Below, in pieces: positions 48,401 to 61,213 of a stretch of DNA of 64,000 nucleotides. The DNA comes from Lingula anatina (lineage: Eukaryota; Animalia; Brachiopoda): assembly GCA_051362555.1 (NCBI GenBank), contig CM120644.1, forward strand, positions 13,290,567 through 13,354,566. The letters are read 5' to 3'. Made by a program: the position numbers and the translations under genes. The notes under the pieces were generated by a model. It was not told the origin of the DNA, ran no database searches, and saw only the letters and a list, made by a program, of their open reading frames with translations. Every line of letters begins with the position of its first letter. The stretch's first letter is position 1.

Positions 48401-49954
48401 TCTCTTTCTCTGGCCAAAATTCGTTTCGAAGCTAGATGTATGCATCAGTTCACCTTTAATGACATGCTCCAGCTTGCTCCCATCTGCTGAATACACGTAC
48501 ACACACTTCACCTGGGAGTCCGTCACTATAATGTTCCCTGGAAAATAAAATACCGAAAATGAGTCACCACGTTGTGATAGGTGAGGACACGTAGTGATGA
48601 TCCAGAAATGACCGAGTTGGATTGCTACCATTGTGTTGGTTGAGAACTTAAGACCATACTATTTAAGACCTTGTCGTCTGTTTTGTGATTAACTTTGTTG
48701 TTAATAAAACTGGAACAAAAAAGACGTGAGAATATTGACAATTAGGCTATTCAATAAGTTGAGTGTGTATGTGTGTGTGTGCGCGTCAACTGTACACTTT
48801 CAGGTTTACAAATAAAGCAGCGCTTAGAAAGCAACTTAAACTTTAAACACTGACTCACTGCCGCAAAAAAAAAAAAAAAAATGTATAAATGCTCCACCCA
48901 GTAAATCCTCTAAAAGCTTGGCTCCCAAGATATGTAAAGTGCAAATATACACAACTTTTAAAAGCTGTGGTTTATTTACAGTACTTATTACAATTTAAAT
49001 CATAGCAAAAAAAAAATTCTTCATTATGCCAACTTAATATTAATAATATTTCTGACAGCTTTATCTGATAAGTTTTATACGGAGATATCAGAAAGGATTC
49101 GATATTGGACAATCATCATTTCCTTAAAAAGACCGAAAGGAAAAATGAACAGGTATAGGTTCGCAGTACCTTGACTGTTGACCGCTATTCCTCTTGGGCA
49201 TTTCAACTCTTGACCATGTATCGTGCTGACCACTTTGCCGTCTGCAGAAAATATTTTCACGCATGCATCGTGGGGCTCCGTGACGGCAAAATTTCCACAA
49301 GGCAGGGCCGCCACGTCCCAGGGGGTGAAGAGCTCGTCTGAACAAAGCCCCGGGGTCCGTGAGGCTGGAGAGGTCCCAACTGTCCCCGGCTTGTAAACCT
49401 CTATGCAGGGATAAGACTTGTTGACGAGGAGGACGTCATTTTGTGACGTCACACTCATGCCGGTCATCATATCTGACCGGAGGCAATATTCGGACAGCAG
49501 GATGCCCCTCATTTTCTTCCTTTTTCAAATTTGGCGATGTGCGTTCACTTCCTTCATTTAGTTGTTCAAGTGACCAGTAAAAGTACAGCTCGCAACTTAT
49601 TTGAGAGTCAGTCGATTTTGTGCTTCCTGGAAAAATAACAGAATAACTAAAAATTGTGATACACCGTATATGTAAATGTTGCTGGAGTTAACATAGAGAT
49701 TGTGATGTAAGAAGTCTACTCACAGCACTGACAAGAGACTCATAACGACAGGCTCGTAGCAAGGGTGGTTTGAGGGGGGAGGGGGTAAAACGAACCACCC
49801 TTTTGTTAGCAAAGGTCTTCTCTGGGTATAAATTGATCTAGCTATACCAAGGCTTCCATGTAAAAGGTACTCTTTTTCAGAAAACGCCCCCCTCCCTTTG
49901 TAATTGTTTTGAAATTGCTGGGTACGGGCCTGTAACGATGATCATCGAATATGC

Positions 49955-49995
<41 letters not shown>

Positions 49996-52900
49996 GCACA
50001 TATACACAAGTACACCCACATCCTAAGTAAGGCATACACTCACCTTGTTTTCATGCGCGCTAGGCCTATATTCAAAAGCTTTACCTGTATATCCAACCCA
50101 AACCAGCTGTTGCACACTACAGCGCGCTGATAACGTCCCGTTTATGCAGGCACGCCCCCGTATCAGACAGGTTAACAAGCGTTCACGTGCACGTTTTAAC
50201 AGTCAGAGCTAAATGTCTCTGCTATCCTTGACGCGGTGAGAAAAGATGCTGAGAAATGCCATTACTTCCTGGATCAAAATATTGACAGTGTCGTGACTGT
50301 GACTGAACCCAGGTGTGTGTAGTTGGATACAGAGTCCTTCAGTTAGGGTTAATAAGTGATTTAGAGACTAGTCGCTTAAATGGTGACACGTTATCAGTTG
50401 GCTTGTTATCTGTCATCTGAACAGCGGTGAACTAGTAACACTTATACCGCTATACCTGAACAGTGAGGCATCTGATCAACTGCCTGATACCATTCATCGT
50501 CACGTGTCTTTGATCCAAGTCCAAAAGTCAAAACCCTTCAATAGGTAGACAGGAGGCCAACGGGGCCTTCATGCATACGCACCATTGTGGACAATTCCGC
50601 TCGACTCCACAGAGCCAGATGTATTTTTCAGTCTGGATTAGGTGAAACTCCTAGAAAAGTTCCACGATTTCCGTTACTTCCACCCTCATGTACCCGGAAT
50701 CCCAGAGATTACTGGAAATCAGTTTCTGCACATGTTCCCAGCGTGTAAATGGTGGATGTTATTTCCCATGTAACTCCCATGCACATATATACCACTTCCT
50801 ACTATAATTCGTAGAATTGAAATATCTTAACCCAGTTAAGCCAGGTACCTTACAGATAAACACTGACTCTAACTTAGGCTAGATTTGTACTATATACCCT
50901 TAATATAATGAATCACCTTTCGTCCCACAGTCGACTAAAATGGCCGTTCACATTCATGTGCCTCTATGTGTTTGCCCCTGTATAGATTGAACCATAGTAC
51001 TACTTTGTAACGCCCAATATACCCCGCCAGTCAAAAAATAATCGATGCCAATATTTGATGTGTCTTTTAAGTGCCTTTCATAGTTAAAGAACTGTGGTCT
51101 TTATTCTGTACGTTTGCGGGTCTATGGCATTATGTCATAGTTTGTCTCTTAACCAAGTATTCAATTTTGCTGTCATTCTAGTAAGGCCCTTTTATTAGTA
51201 TGATAATCAATTATAAATACTACGTGCCTGCGCATTTTGTTACAATAGGATTTGACCTAATTGTGAGTGACAAAGGTGCGTATACAAAATGTAGGGCGAT
51301 TGGGTCGATGTTTCTTTATCTGAAAAGGAATGGGGAAGTTGGGAGAGACATAAAAGGATAATTTTGACTAGGGTTCTACCAAGGAGTTATAACTGTTATA
51401 ACTCCTTGGTTCTACGCACTACCGTTGTCACACATTGAATTTTGTTCCTCGCTTACACACTTTCAAAGTACCGTCTAATTAAATGAAGTATTTTTTAAAG
51501 ATTAGGTATCATTAGAAATAAGTTATATGTAGAGAAAGAAGACACTTGCACACATTTTCCAGTTTAAATCTTTCCTCTGAAGGAAAACACGAATAAATTT
51601 TCAAATAGCTGCCCCTTCGACCCCTCACTTAAAAAAATTAAGACAAAAAAAAAAAAAAAGAAAGAAAGAAAGAAAAGAAAAGAAAACTTGCAAAATGTTA
51701 TTGAACACAATAAGACTAACTTGTATTGATTATACTTTATGGCCACTGTCCACTCTAGTAACGCTTTATGAGGCGAACAGATTGTTGCACATCAAAAATG
51801 ATTGATTTAACCTTTAGGTCTTGGTCGTTAAATACGACAATAATTTGGATTAATTGGATTATTAAACCGCACAAAGCAAGCTCAGTTGAAGTACTTAACT
51901 GTTGCTGGGCGTCGTTGCTCAAAGCGCAAATACTCCGTGGAAATACCGATCTCAGTGTAAGAACACTGGGATTTCTATCCTTTAAAGTAGATACTATGAG
52001 AAAATGTGATAGTCAACGCATGAAATTCATACATTAATGTTAATGAACTTTAAATATTACATCTTAAGGGTGTATTCAGAACAAGATGGTCCGCGTACTA
52101 ACAGATCCGCGGATCAAATGTGGCCGATCCACTTTAAAGCTTGACGCATAACCCCCAAAAGACACTTAATAGATTCCCCGCTATAACTCCGCGGTAAGCT
52201 TTCAAGTGAGTGGGCTTGATTTGTGAATGTGGCCTTATTTTTTGTTATTTATTTATGACAGTGTGTCAAAATCTCAGACAAGCGATCTCAGGTAACAGTG
52301 ATCGGCAGGGCGATGACGCAGTTGCTGTGCAAAATTCCTCTCCGGACAGAAATGTGCCCAGTTAGTGAATAACTAGACAAATATCCGTGAATATCTAGTG
52401 AAAAAAGATTTACTCTGTGACCCTGGTAGAGTGTGCATGGTCACTAACTTGAAAGTAATAGGGATACATTGTTATTGCAAAAATCTAAATGGATCAGATT
52501 GTGAATCGGTCTTTCGACATTATTTCCCCACTGTCCAATGTCAATTACATGTCTATTTCATTTATCCATTCAAAGTAAATCATTGCACGGAACAGATAAA
52601 ATAGAATTAAGACCCTTTCAATTAAAATGTTTTCTTGAGATAAATTATGTACTCGTCAACACTTAATTCTTTTACATTACACTTATTTTGTTTCAGCTTG
52701 TATGGGCCAACTCGTACCGCTTAGGCTGCGCTTTCAAGGAATGTCGACGAAATTCTCCGTTTGGAACCTCGAAGTGGTACTACTCGGTGTGCAACTATTA
52801 TCCTGGGTGAGAGGCTCATTGACAATGGAAGCGACATCCTTTGTGTTTTTTGCTTTTTAAATAGATGTCCCAACGGAAGAGGTCCTGTTTCCATCAGCTT

Positions 52901-55900
52901 TGGTCTGTCTGTTTGTTCATCTGTCTTAGAATGGATAAGTAACCCCAAAAATTTTTTGAGAATTCTTGAAGAAAAGTTTTCACAACAGACATTCATTTAA
53001 GAGATGACAATTTTAATTTAGTTGCCTTTTTATTTTTTGAAGATTTTATTGCTCTTTTCTAAGAGGGAGGCCTGTGCCTTTGGAGTGCTGTTTAGTTTTA
53101 TTTATTCATTTTAATTTATTGATTAGATACGTATCTTTATTAAGATAATAAAATAATTCAAACCCTACCTTGATGGAACAGGCTGTGAAAGCACAGTTGG
53201 CCTGACAGCAGTCTCAGAGCTTCATATCAAAACTTTTCGTGATACGAAATCTGAGATAATAAAACAGCCTCCTAACGTAAAAAATTGTGCAAGAGTACAT
53301 TTTTATCTATTATTTCAGTGGAAACATCATAGGAAGAAAGCCCTACAAGACTGGAAGACCATGCAGTAAATGCGCAGCACAGGGAAACACGGGAGATTGT
53401 GTGCAGGGATTGTGTGGTACTGAGAAGTCATTTTAATATTCTGGATATTCAATGACGGCTCCACGAGTTTGCCATAAGAATTTGGGCAGGGAAGGGGGAA
53501 AAGTGGGCGTACATAAATAATAAGCAATTTTGCCCCGATTCATTCCGAAAAGTTTTACCCCTCTAATATATAGGGCACAGGGGTGGAAATAGATACGTGT
53601 AGGACTGTGTAGTTTCGTTTTGATCCTTACTTTTTTTTTTTTTTTTTTTTTGGGGGGGGGGGGGGGAGTGGGGCTGGGGGAGGTGGCAAGCGGTGCCTCA
53701 AAAGCTAAGGGAACGGAACATGACATATGTGCCCCTCTCCTTATTTCTTATATAGGATATTTGATCTAAATTTCTATTTGATTAAACCACTATTTAAACT
53801 GGTGCAATATCAATCAATGCCATGGGGTAAATTAAGGAATCGTTTTATAAAAACACTACCGAGTGACGCTTGGTGGTCTTTATACATGGCAGTTATTGGT
53901 AGTTTGTCTCTACTAACGCAATGACCGTGTCTAATATGCTTGTTCTTGGTCTTGCTAAACCAATTATATATCAAATAGTTCCTGTTATTTTGCAGATTGT
54001 TTTATTAAATTTATCATTTATTAATTTTTTCTTGAATAGACATTGTTTACACTACTTTACAAGTAATTCATTTTTCAATTCTCTCTCAGCCACTACCTAC
54101 CAGTGTGATCGTGAACCAGAAAGCTGTGGTATGTTATTTATTTATTTATTTATTGCTACTTTTGAGTTTCTCGGAATGTGTTATATAAATGCGGTTCAGT
54201 ATTTAAAACTACTTTCATTACTGTGCGAAAACAACTTAGCATAAATTGTCCAGAATAGACACACACACACACACACACGCAGTCATTTTTCGTACCCTGG
54301 ATTTATCCGTGTACATGTCAAACCATCATTTATAACCTCCTTTCTAGGTCTTGAAAACACCTGCGGCCGTGTCATCGAGTGTGACAACGGCGGAACCCCT
54401 GACTACGACACCTGCGGCTGTCGCTGTCCCCCAGCCTTCGGCGGAAGAACGTGCAGAGCAGGTATGATGCGCAATTACCCATTACGAAAAATATCAAATT
54501 TGATATTTATGCATCGGATATTGAACGATGGGCCTTTGCTTGTTTTTCGCCATTTAACAAGCCACGACTCAATGCAATTATCCTAGAGTTTGAATTATTC
54601 ACCTTTCTCTCTTTTTTTTTTAAGTTGTATGCCTTATTTCAAACAATGTGAAGGTTTTAAGTCATTGGTTGTCACTTCGGGAAAGTTCTTTCTTATATCT
54701 TTCTTGATTATAAAGTATTTGATTTACATATGAGCTTCCTATATGTTTTCATTTACAGCGAAGTGTTCTGCGGTCTATAAGTGTCAAAATGGCGGGAAGT
54801 TTGATTACGATTCCTGCACGTGTCAGTGCACAGAGTTTTTTGCAGGAAGGACGTGCGAGCGAGGTATGAGTTTACACTGATTCATTTTATTACTTTGCTC
54901 AAATGAGTTATAAAGACTTGGCTTTAAGACAAACATGAATATCTTAACCGTATTTTGTACTTTGTCATATTGCGCCACATATAAAATTGAACTTGCCGTG
55001 TGTGTGTGTGTGTGCGTGTGTGTGTGTGTGTACAAATATACATAGGTATCTTTATTGCAGACGAGATCAATATTACTTTTTTTTTTGGTTTGAACACATT
55101 TAGACACATGTACATGTATTCAAAAGCAACCACGCGACCTCAGGTGGGATATACATTTCAGCAACATTCAAATTGATTTTGATAAACGATGTTTAATTAC
55201 ATACTGAGTGCCAACCAATTGCTTCCAGCCGAAAAAGAAAAAAGCGAAGACGACCAAAAACGTGTGTCCTAATATTTTTCTTGTTTCTTTTCTCTGCCCT
55301 CCACTCTTTTTCATTTCATTTTCTCTTCACTTAATTCATCTAGTTCCATGGACACAGCGAAATTCTCTCTCGTGACTTGCATGTCGGATTCCACCAATCG
55401 CTTTTTTGGAATAAAATCGGCCTATCCATTTTTTCATGTTATCAGTGCTTTACATTTATATGGAAGATAAGTTTTTGCACGATTTTTGCTTTTAGAAGAG
55501 AGCGTTGATGACAATGACATTTTATCCTCTAAAATCAGCCCATTTCTTTAAATGGTTGCATTTATTTTTCCTGTCACATCAACAAAACGTATTTTCCCTG
55601 TGAAGTGGAAAAGGGGGAAATGCAAGTATCCTTTCGCTTGATTTTAGTTGAAAACGGGAATTCTAAAAACGTATATTATTTATAGGATGCTTTAATTTTT
55701 ATCTCATTATTGAGGTAAAAGTTAGGATCGAAAAATCTACCAGTTAGGCTGGAAAAATTCTTTTCGTGTTAAAATCTTTTCGACGGACCATCTGCATATG
55801 GAAAAAAAGATACTTTGATATGCATGGATAAATCATATGTTTATATGATGTTCTTTATGTATCTTCTAATACCAGGTGCATGTTTTATTATATTTAGACT

Positions 55901-56404
55901 GTGACATGCATGTTTTTACATATTTTACCCGTTATATCTCTTTTTGGTTGTATAACTTCATACGGCCCTATATTGAATGCTCTTTTTTTAAGAAACGAAA
56001 CCTGATGCGTTATCATTTATATAAGGGAAAATGGATTTAAGTTTATATAATCATCTCTGTATTTTTAAGTTAATCTAAATTCAGGGGGTTGAAAAATGAT
56101 GTGCGGATTTTAAAGTGATCGAAATTGACACTAGTAAGTGACTGAAGCTTAGACACTATCAATGGAAATATTTTTAATGCAATTTGATGAATAGTTCTCA
56201 CGCAGTTTGAATTACATTACCAGTACAGTGAATAACAATCGACTTTCAGCCAAATGCAGCGAACTGGGTCAATCCGGAAAGGACGTGTATTGGTGCTCCA
56301 CGGTCGGTCCGGAATGGTGCCAGCCAGGATTCCATCTTGTAGGAGAACCCGAAGACCAAGAGATTCGGTATAAGTACTGCCCCAGGAAATGCGGGATATG
56401 TTAA
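40868..56404 (+). CDS. Secreted CAP/SCP (CRISP/venom-allergen-like) protein with hinge, two EGF-like domains and a C-terminal ShKT-like domain, 354 aa
   Basis: Exons 40868-40955, 42282-42394, 46621-46863, 52697-52806, 53319-53416, 54090-54128, 54348-54461, 54759-54863, 56250-56404; 1065 nt in frame. Signal peptide MQKKVAGVLFVMAAFGVLKLDA. CAP motifs HNEMRR-V-P-ASNM, WDNDLA, GQNL, CGHYTQLVWA, LGCA, VCNYYPGGN, PYKTGRPCSKC. EGFs CDNGG..CGCRCPPAFGGRTC and CQNGG..CTCQCTEFFAGRTC. Ends CPRKCGIC*. Confidence 0.93.
43996..44272. mobile_element. G/C-run-rich MITE with CAG...CTG ends (hAT-like); a related fragment lies at about 2575-2717
   Basis: Starts CAGTGGCGGATTTA, ends TCCTGGACCCCCCTG; imperfect TIR, no clear TSD. 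Confidence 0.45.
47463..49512 (-). CDS. Stand-alone NHL-repeat beta-propeller protein (TRIM2/3/71-type NHL repeats, no RING/B-box seen), 383 aa, nested antisense in CAP gene intron 3
   Basis: Coding exons 49512-49170, 48537-48454, 48187-47463; 1152 nt in frame. NHL motifs LFTPWDVA, LKCPRGIAVNSQGNIIVTD, FVQPFHVTV, LYSPFGVCTDKFGLIFIAE, IRYPRAVAIDNYGHLVVGE. 5' UTR acceptor at 49626 and upstream donor AAG|GTGAGT at 50044. Confidence 0.9.
49749..49932. mobile_element. 184-bp MITE with CAGG...CCTG ends and a 6-bp TSD (hAT-like)
   Basis: CAGGCTCGTA/TACGGGCCTG imperfect TIR; TAACGA directly repeated at 49743-49748 and 49933-49938. Confidence 0.7.
51380..51408. mobile_element. 29-bp perfect palindrome with a 7-bp TSD (minimal TIR-TIR relic, P-element-like termini)
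   Basis: GTTCTAC|CAAGGAGTTATAAC-T-GTTATAACTCCTTG|GTTCTAC. Confidence 0.7.
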
Positions 56405-58301
56405 AGTATTTGGGGCGTGGTCGAAGCAAGGATCACGATCTGTGAATTATATCAACGTGTGATTATTGTGAAGTTGTTGTGCTAATCTCCAGCTGCAGCG
56501 AATCGTAATTACGCTGTATACAATATCCCTGGAAGAACAGTTTCTCTAGACAGTGTCTGGTTATTTCATTTTTATACAATGCTGTTTTGACTGTCGTTGT
56601 GAACACATCCTTGTAGCTATAGCGTGATATCAAAATGACAGCTAAATGAACTACTTTTGCCACCACGAATTTTCTGGGATAAGCTAAGGCGTATAAGTAA
56701 CGCAATATTTGCGCGAGTGTAAAAATATCGACACATAAACTGCCGACATGTGATGCTGTATATCTATGATTCTACCGGTATAATTATAGTTTTGACGTAT
56801 ATATTCATGTGATATTTTATATTGTGTTAATTTTCATTGCTGTTTTGATTAAAATGTGTATTTATTTCTTTGAAAACGTTTCTGTGTCATTTCAAAATAC
56901 ATGTTCTTGACAGACATCGAAATATTGGAGGTAAACAATTTCGTTTATCAACTTGAAGAAAAAAATATTACTTCATATTCATAACATGACACAGCTGATG
57001 AAATTCTCTTCTCACATGCTTCTACCATTTTTATATAATCTAGTGCTTGTGAAACGTGCTGAAATTGTGAAATTGAAATTGTGAATTTGATTGATATAGA
57101 CTGAACTGTAGAATCCTACTATAGGACTATGCATGTATTATCAAGGAAAATATGGATTGACTTTCCCCTTGGCCGAGAACATACCCACATGATACTCGGG
57201 TGTTCGGAAAAACAACAAGATATTCATGAAATCACAAAAATAAATAGAGAAAATTTTCTGAATCAACAGCGGAATACTTAGTGTGCCTTTAGCAATATGC
57301 AAACTATCCGGGTTACCGCTATACGCAGGCATCTTTTTAAACCACCGACCGCAAAACAGGTAAAATCACAGATTGTGTCTGGCTTATTAGTAAGTATATT
57401 GAAATTTAAACCGTGTAATCTCCTAATGACGGGTTTCGTTTACCAAGGCTCACGGAGAGAAAAATGAGAAGACAACGTGCTTTGGTCTATGTCGTCGGGC
57501 GTGATCAGTTTGATGATGTATTCACGCTCTTCTATCATATTTTGCTGAAGAGGTGTTTTTCGTTATCATATTTGTCATTTTTTCATCGTCGATAAGGTGA
57601 AAAATTGAAGAGATCGTGAACAAGTATACACATTGCATTTTGTGCATAGCATGAAGATTTTAAACTGCTCCAATTGTTTTCAAAACATATTGGTAAATTA
57701 GAAGGCAAAGTTTGTCTGAATAATACCAAAACCAGCTTTATTCCCTTATCAGGCATATTTTGAGAGTCAGCTCCGTTCTCTATATGTTATTCAATTGTCC
57801 TGTGACGATTTACACATTATTGGTTATAGATCTGATAGTTTTACAACTACATCATACGAATTATCAAACTTTTAAAACTCACAATGTTCGTGAAACTTCT
57901 GCATAGTAAGCAGTTATTTTTCTTTGAAATCTCAACTCTTTCCCCTAATGAAATGGACCTTTTTATCTTTTTTCGTAATCACTTTTTTGTTAAAGCCCTC
58001 ATTAAACTTTGATGTCTGACGCAAATGGGCTTTAATATTTCAAAGCATTATTCCTTTTGTTCTTTTCCACTAATGCAAACAATAAATTTACCTCTGAAAA
58101 TTAAGCTACGTTTTGTTCAAATCTTTGAAAATCTGAGACGGTAATAGCTTAACAAACTTTGGGTGGATGGGTGGATTTTGAGTCTTTAAAAGCGGCTGTT
58201 TAACAGGGTTATACAAATAGCGCATTTTGCACAGCAAAGAGCTTTGTGGTGAAACAGTGCAGACAGAGATCTTGACCGGTGCTTGCCCAAGAGTTGTCAC
58301 T

Positions 58302-59010
58302 ATGAAGATTGTCTTCCTACACATTGTAGTAACGTTACTGTTTGTTGGCCTTGAAAAAGGTAAGATCCCTTGATTTATGGTTATCAGATTTATTGGTTGA
58401 TTGGTGATTCATTGATATGTTTATTCATTTTTACTCAGTTATTTGTTCATCCATTTCTTCATTTATTTACTTTTTAAGTCATACTAGCTTGTAAATCTGC
58501 TTTTATAGCTTTGTCTAAATCAATTAATACCGATGATGGAGAATTTCCATTTCAATGGAACATTCATACTTCTATTTTTCATTGCTTTTTCCCAACATCT
58601 TTTTTCCCCAAAATAGTCTTTAAAAATGATTTATTTTGTGTGCAGGCACATGGCAAGTATATTCGAACCCAATACCGGGCGAGCGGTTCTCTCCCGAGGG
58701 TGGTAGATTTCCAGACAGCGGGGATCTCACGGAGAGAGACCCTGGTTACGTTAACGTCGAAAGGCTACTCAGTCGAATTGAGAAGCCCTCTAAGCCAGGT
58801 GATGAAGGGAGGGGGATCATACAGGGTGGAGGAGTACCGGCCAAGGGGCTGAACCGGATCCTACTCGATCGACGTGATGGTGGGGTGCTTGATGAGGAAA
58901 CTCTAAAGAAAAAGCAACTGAATGAAGGCACTCGTGACAATGTCGACTTCAAGAGACTGTGTACGGCTTACGAGAGCGTGATTTGTGCTTTGAGGTACCT
59001 TAGCCGCTGA
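58302..59010 (+). CDS. Putative prepropeptide A, 140 aa; predicted C-terminal peptide LCTAYESVICALRYLS(R)
   Basis: Exon 58302-58359 (MKIVFLHIVVTLLFVGLEK, donor G|GTAAGA), phase-1 intron, exon 58646-59010. Hydrophilic pro-region with an RR site, then KR and a two-Cys peptide at the extreme C-terminus. TATA-like sequence near 58210; AATAAA at 59304-59309. Confidence 0.8.
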
Positions 59011-61213
59011 GAAGAAGAATCTTACCGTGATGACAGTAGATATATTTGAATGACATTTTCAATCTCGGTTTCTACATCCGCGTTGGACATTAACTAGTTG
59101 GAGACATTGTTTAATACCCAATGCTTAATTAACATAATTCTATATTCATTGCAACTTATGCACCGGTATGCACTGGCAAATATGTACAGTATGACAACAG
59201 AATAAGACTAAACTACAAAACAAAGACACCAGGCTATCATAATAATCTCTTTAAAGAAAAGTTTCAGCACTGTTCTATTGAGCTGTCTCTCTTTGACTTC
59301 CAAAATAAACGTGGTCATCGCAACGAAAGTGCGCTTTTTTGCACGTCTTACAAATTTGACAAATTTCTTTGTAACTGTCGATATTAAAAAGTGAGTCTTG
59401 TTACTTTACCATTGGCACAAATAATTTTCATAATGTAAGCACATTGTGGGGAAGTGACGCATATCAAATTGGCATAATTTGACACTTCCAAAACTAAAAT
59501 TAAGCTAAGGGTAGCCGAAATAATGGACAAGGAAAAAAAAGACAGATGTAGGTTTATGTATTTTCACCAAATGTAATTAAATGAAAATAAAAAAATGTTC
59601 ACTGCAAACCAGATGAATCATTAGGTCGGTATGGGATTAAGAAGATAGTTAAGGGATCTAATTGTTATGAGATGCTATGAAAACTAAGTCATTGAAAATG
59701 ATAAAGCAAGAATGGTAAAGCATCATTGCAATAAAAGGCAAATACATCACTAACAAAAGTACAAATTCATCTACTGTACTTTCTATTTTTTGTTATTTTA
59801 GACACAAAAGGCAGTTCATCATTCATAAACGCGTGGCCTAAAAAGCCAATCTATTTCACGCAATCAACAGATGCGTCACTGCACGCTTCGCCATCTTTCG
59901 CGTTAGATTATAAGGGTGTGTTCCCGTTGAAACTATCGTACTAGGTAGATCACGAAGATTGTCGCTGAATGCAATCAGATTGACTATATGACGCCTCCTG
60001 GAACCGCTAGGGGTAATTAACTTCCGTGCGCGTTCGGTCGCACTCTAAACGAAATGAAAATGCTTCCAAAGGCCAAGAGCTCAAGATAAGGCTAACACTT
60101 CTAAAGTCCCCAGAAAATTTATTTCTCAAAAATATCTCGATCAATAGAAATGGCGTCACCGATGTGTGGCGACCCCCATTTCGTGCTTGTGAAACAACAC
60201 ACATCCACAAAACTGAATATATACGATGCTGTGTGAGGTCAACATCAACCCAAGGAAAGTTGAGCAAGAGTTTTAGGTATGTGGGTCCTTCACGCTGATT
60301 TGTATCGTACTAATCAATTTATATCGAAAAACATTGCCAATATGATACACCCTTTTACAGACCGGTGTGAAAGGAACTGCAGTCCGCTAGGAACCGTCGT
60401 CAAATTCCCAATGCTTCGTACTAGTACCTTTTATAGCTGATATTTGTCCCATATACTGCCCTTAATACTTCCAGTGAAACGTGACACAGAGTCCCCCATT
60501 ATAGAGAGTCCGCTTCTCATTCATTTGTACAGGTAAGTGTTTGACCCACGTAGGTCAAGCTAACCCTAACCATTACAACTAAATTGAGAGCAGACATCTT
60601 GTTTCACGGACCTTTAGTTTCATTACACCGGCTAGCCTTTACCTGTGCTAATCATATTGGAACCAGAAATTCCTAACCAAGGAATACCATTCTTTTCACA
60701 CTTGTCCGTTTCTAAATTTCTTTAGGTAAAGATCACCGAGAAGTCTGCATTTCTGACTTACATATATATCTGTTGAAACTTCGTCTTATAATCACTAATT
60801 TTATATGACTAATATAAAATACAACGAGATACCACACGCACTGAAGATGGAAGGCCTACAGAGACAAGTTTCAAATTCTTGAAAACAGTTTTGCATTTCT
60901 TCTCTCGGAGAAATGGTACATTTTACATTCTTTACTCCTTCCCTGCAAATGAAAGTTGTGGCATTTGTTCCACGGCATTATAATAAAGGATTTAATGGAT
61001 TTAACCAGCAATGCATCTTGATTTGTCAAGTTCAAGTTACGTGAAAGAATCAAAGTCGTCTGGATAAGATTTAGGTATATGTCATGGTATTGGCTCTGCA
61101 ATCTGATTAAAGTACCACAAACTCAGAAACCAGGGCCTCCTAAAACTGTGAAAATCCATAACCGAAACCGAAACAAATAAAACGATCAAGTGCAATGTCC
61201 TGCAGACGACGAG

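Noticed and set aside
56207-56249. ORF-track N-terminus MNYITSTVNNNRLS of the ShKT exon
   Set aside because: Starts at TTG in intron sequence. The phase-compatible acceptor is TTTCAG ending at 56249; the AG at 56205 gives an immediate stop.
58511-58852. 113-aa plus-strand ORF overlapping prepropeptide A in another frame
   Set aside because: Begins at TTG in the intron and is out of phase with the signal-peptide exon.
58957-59007. Assignment of the peptides to elevenin, allatostatin-C/somatostatin, calcitonin or urotensin II
   Set aside because: Ring size, conserved residues, length or position in the precursor do not fit these families as I recall them; left unassigned pending a search.
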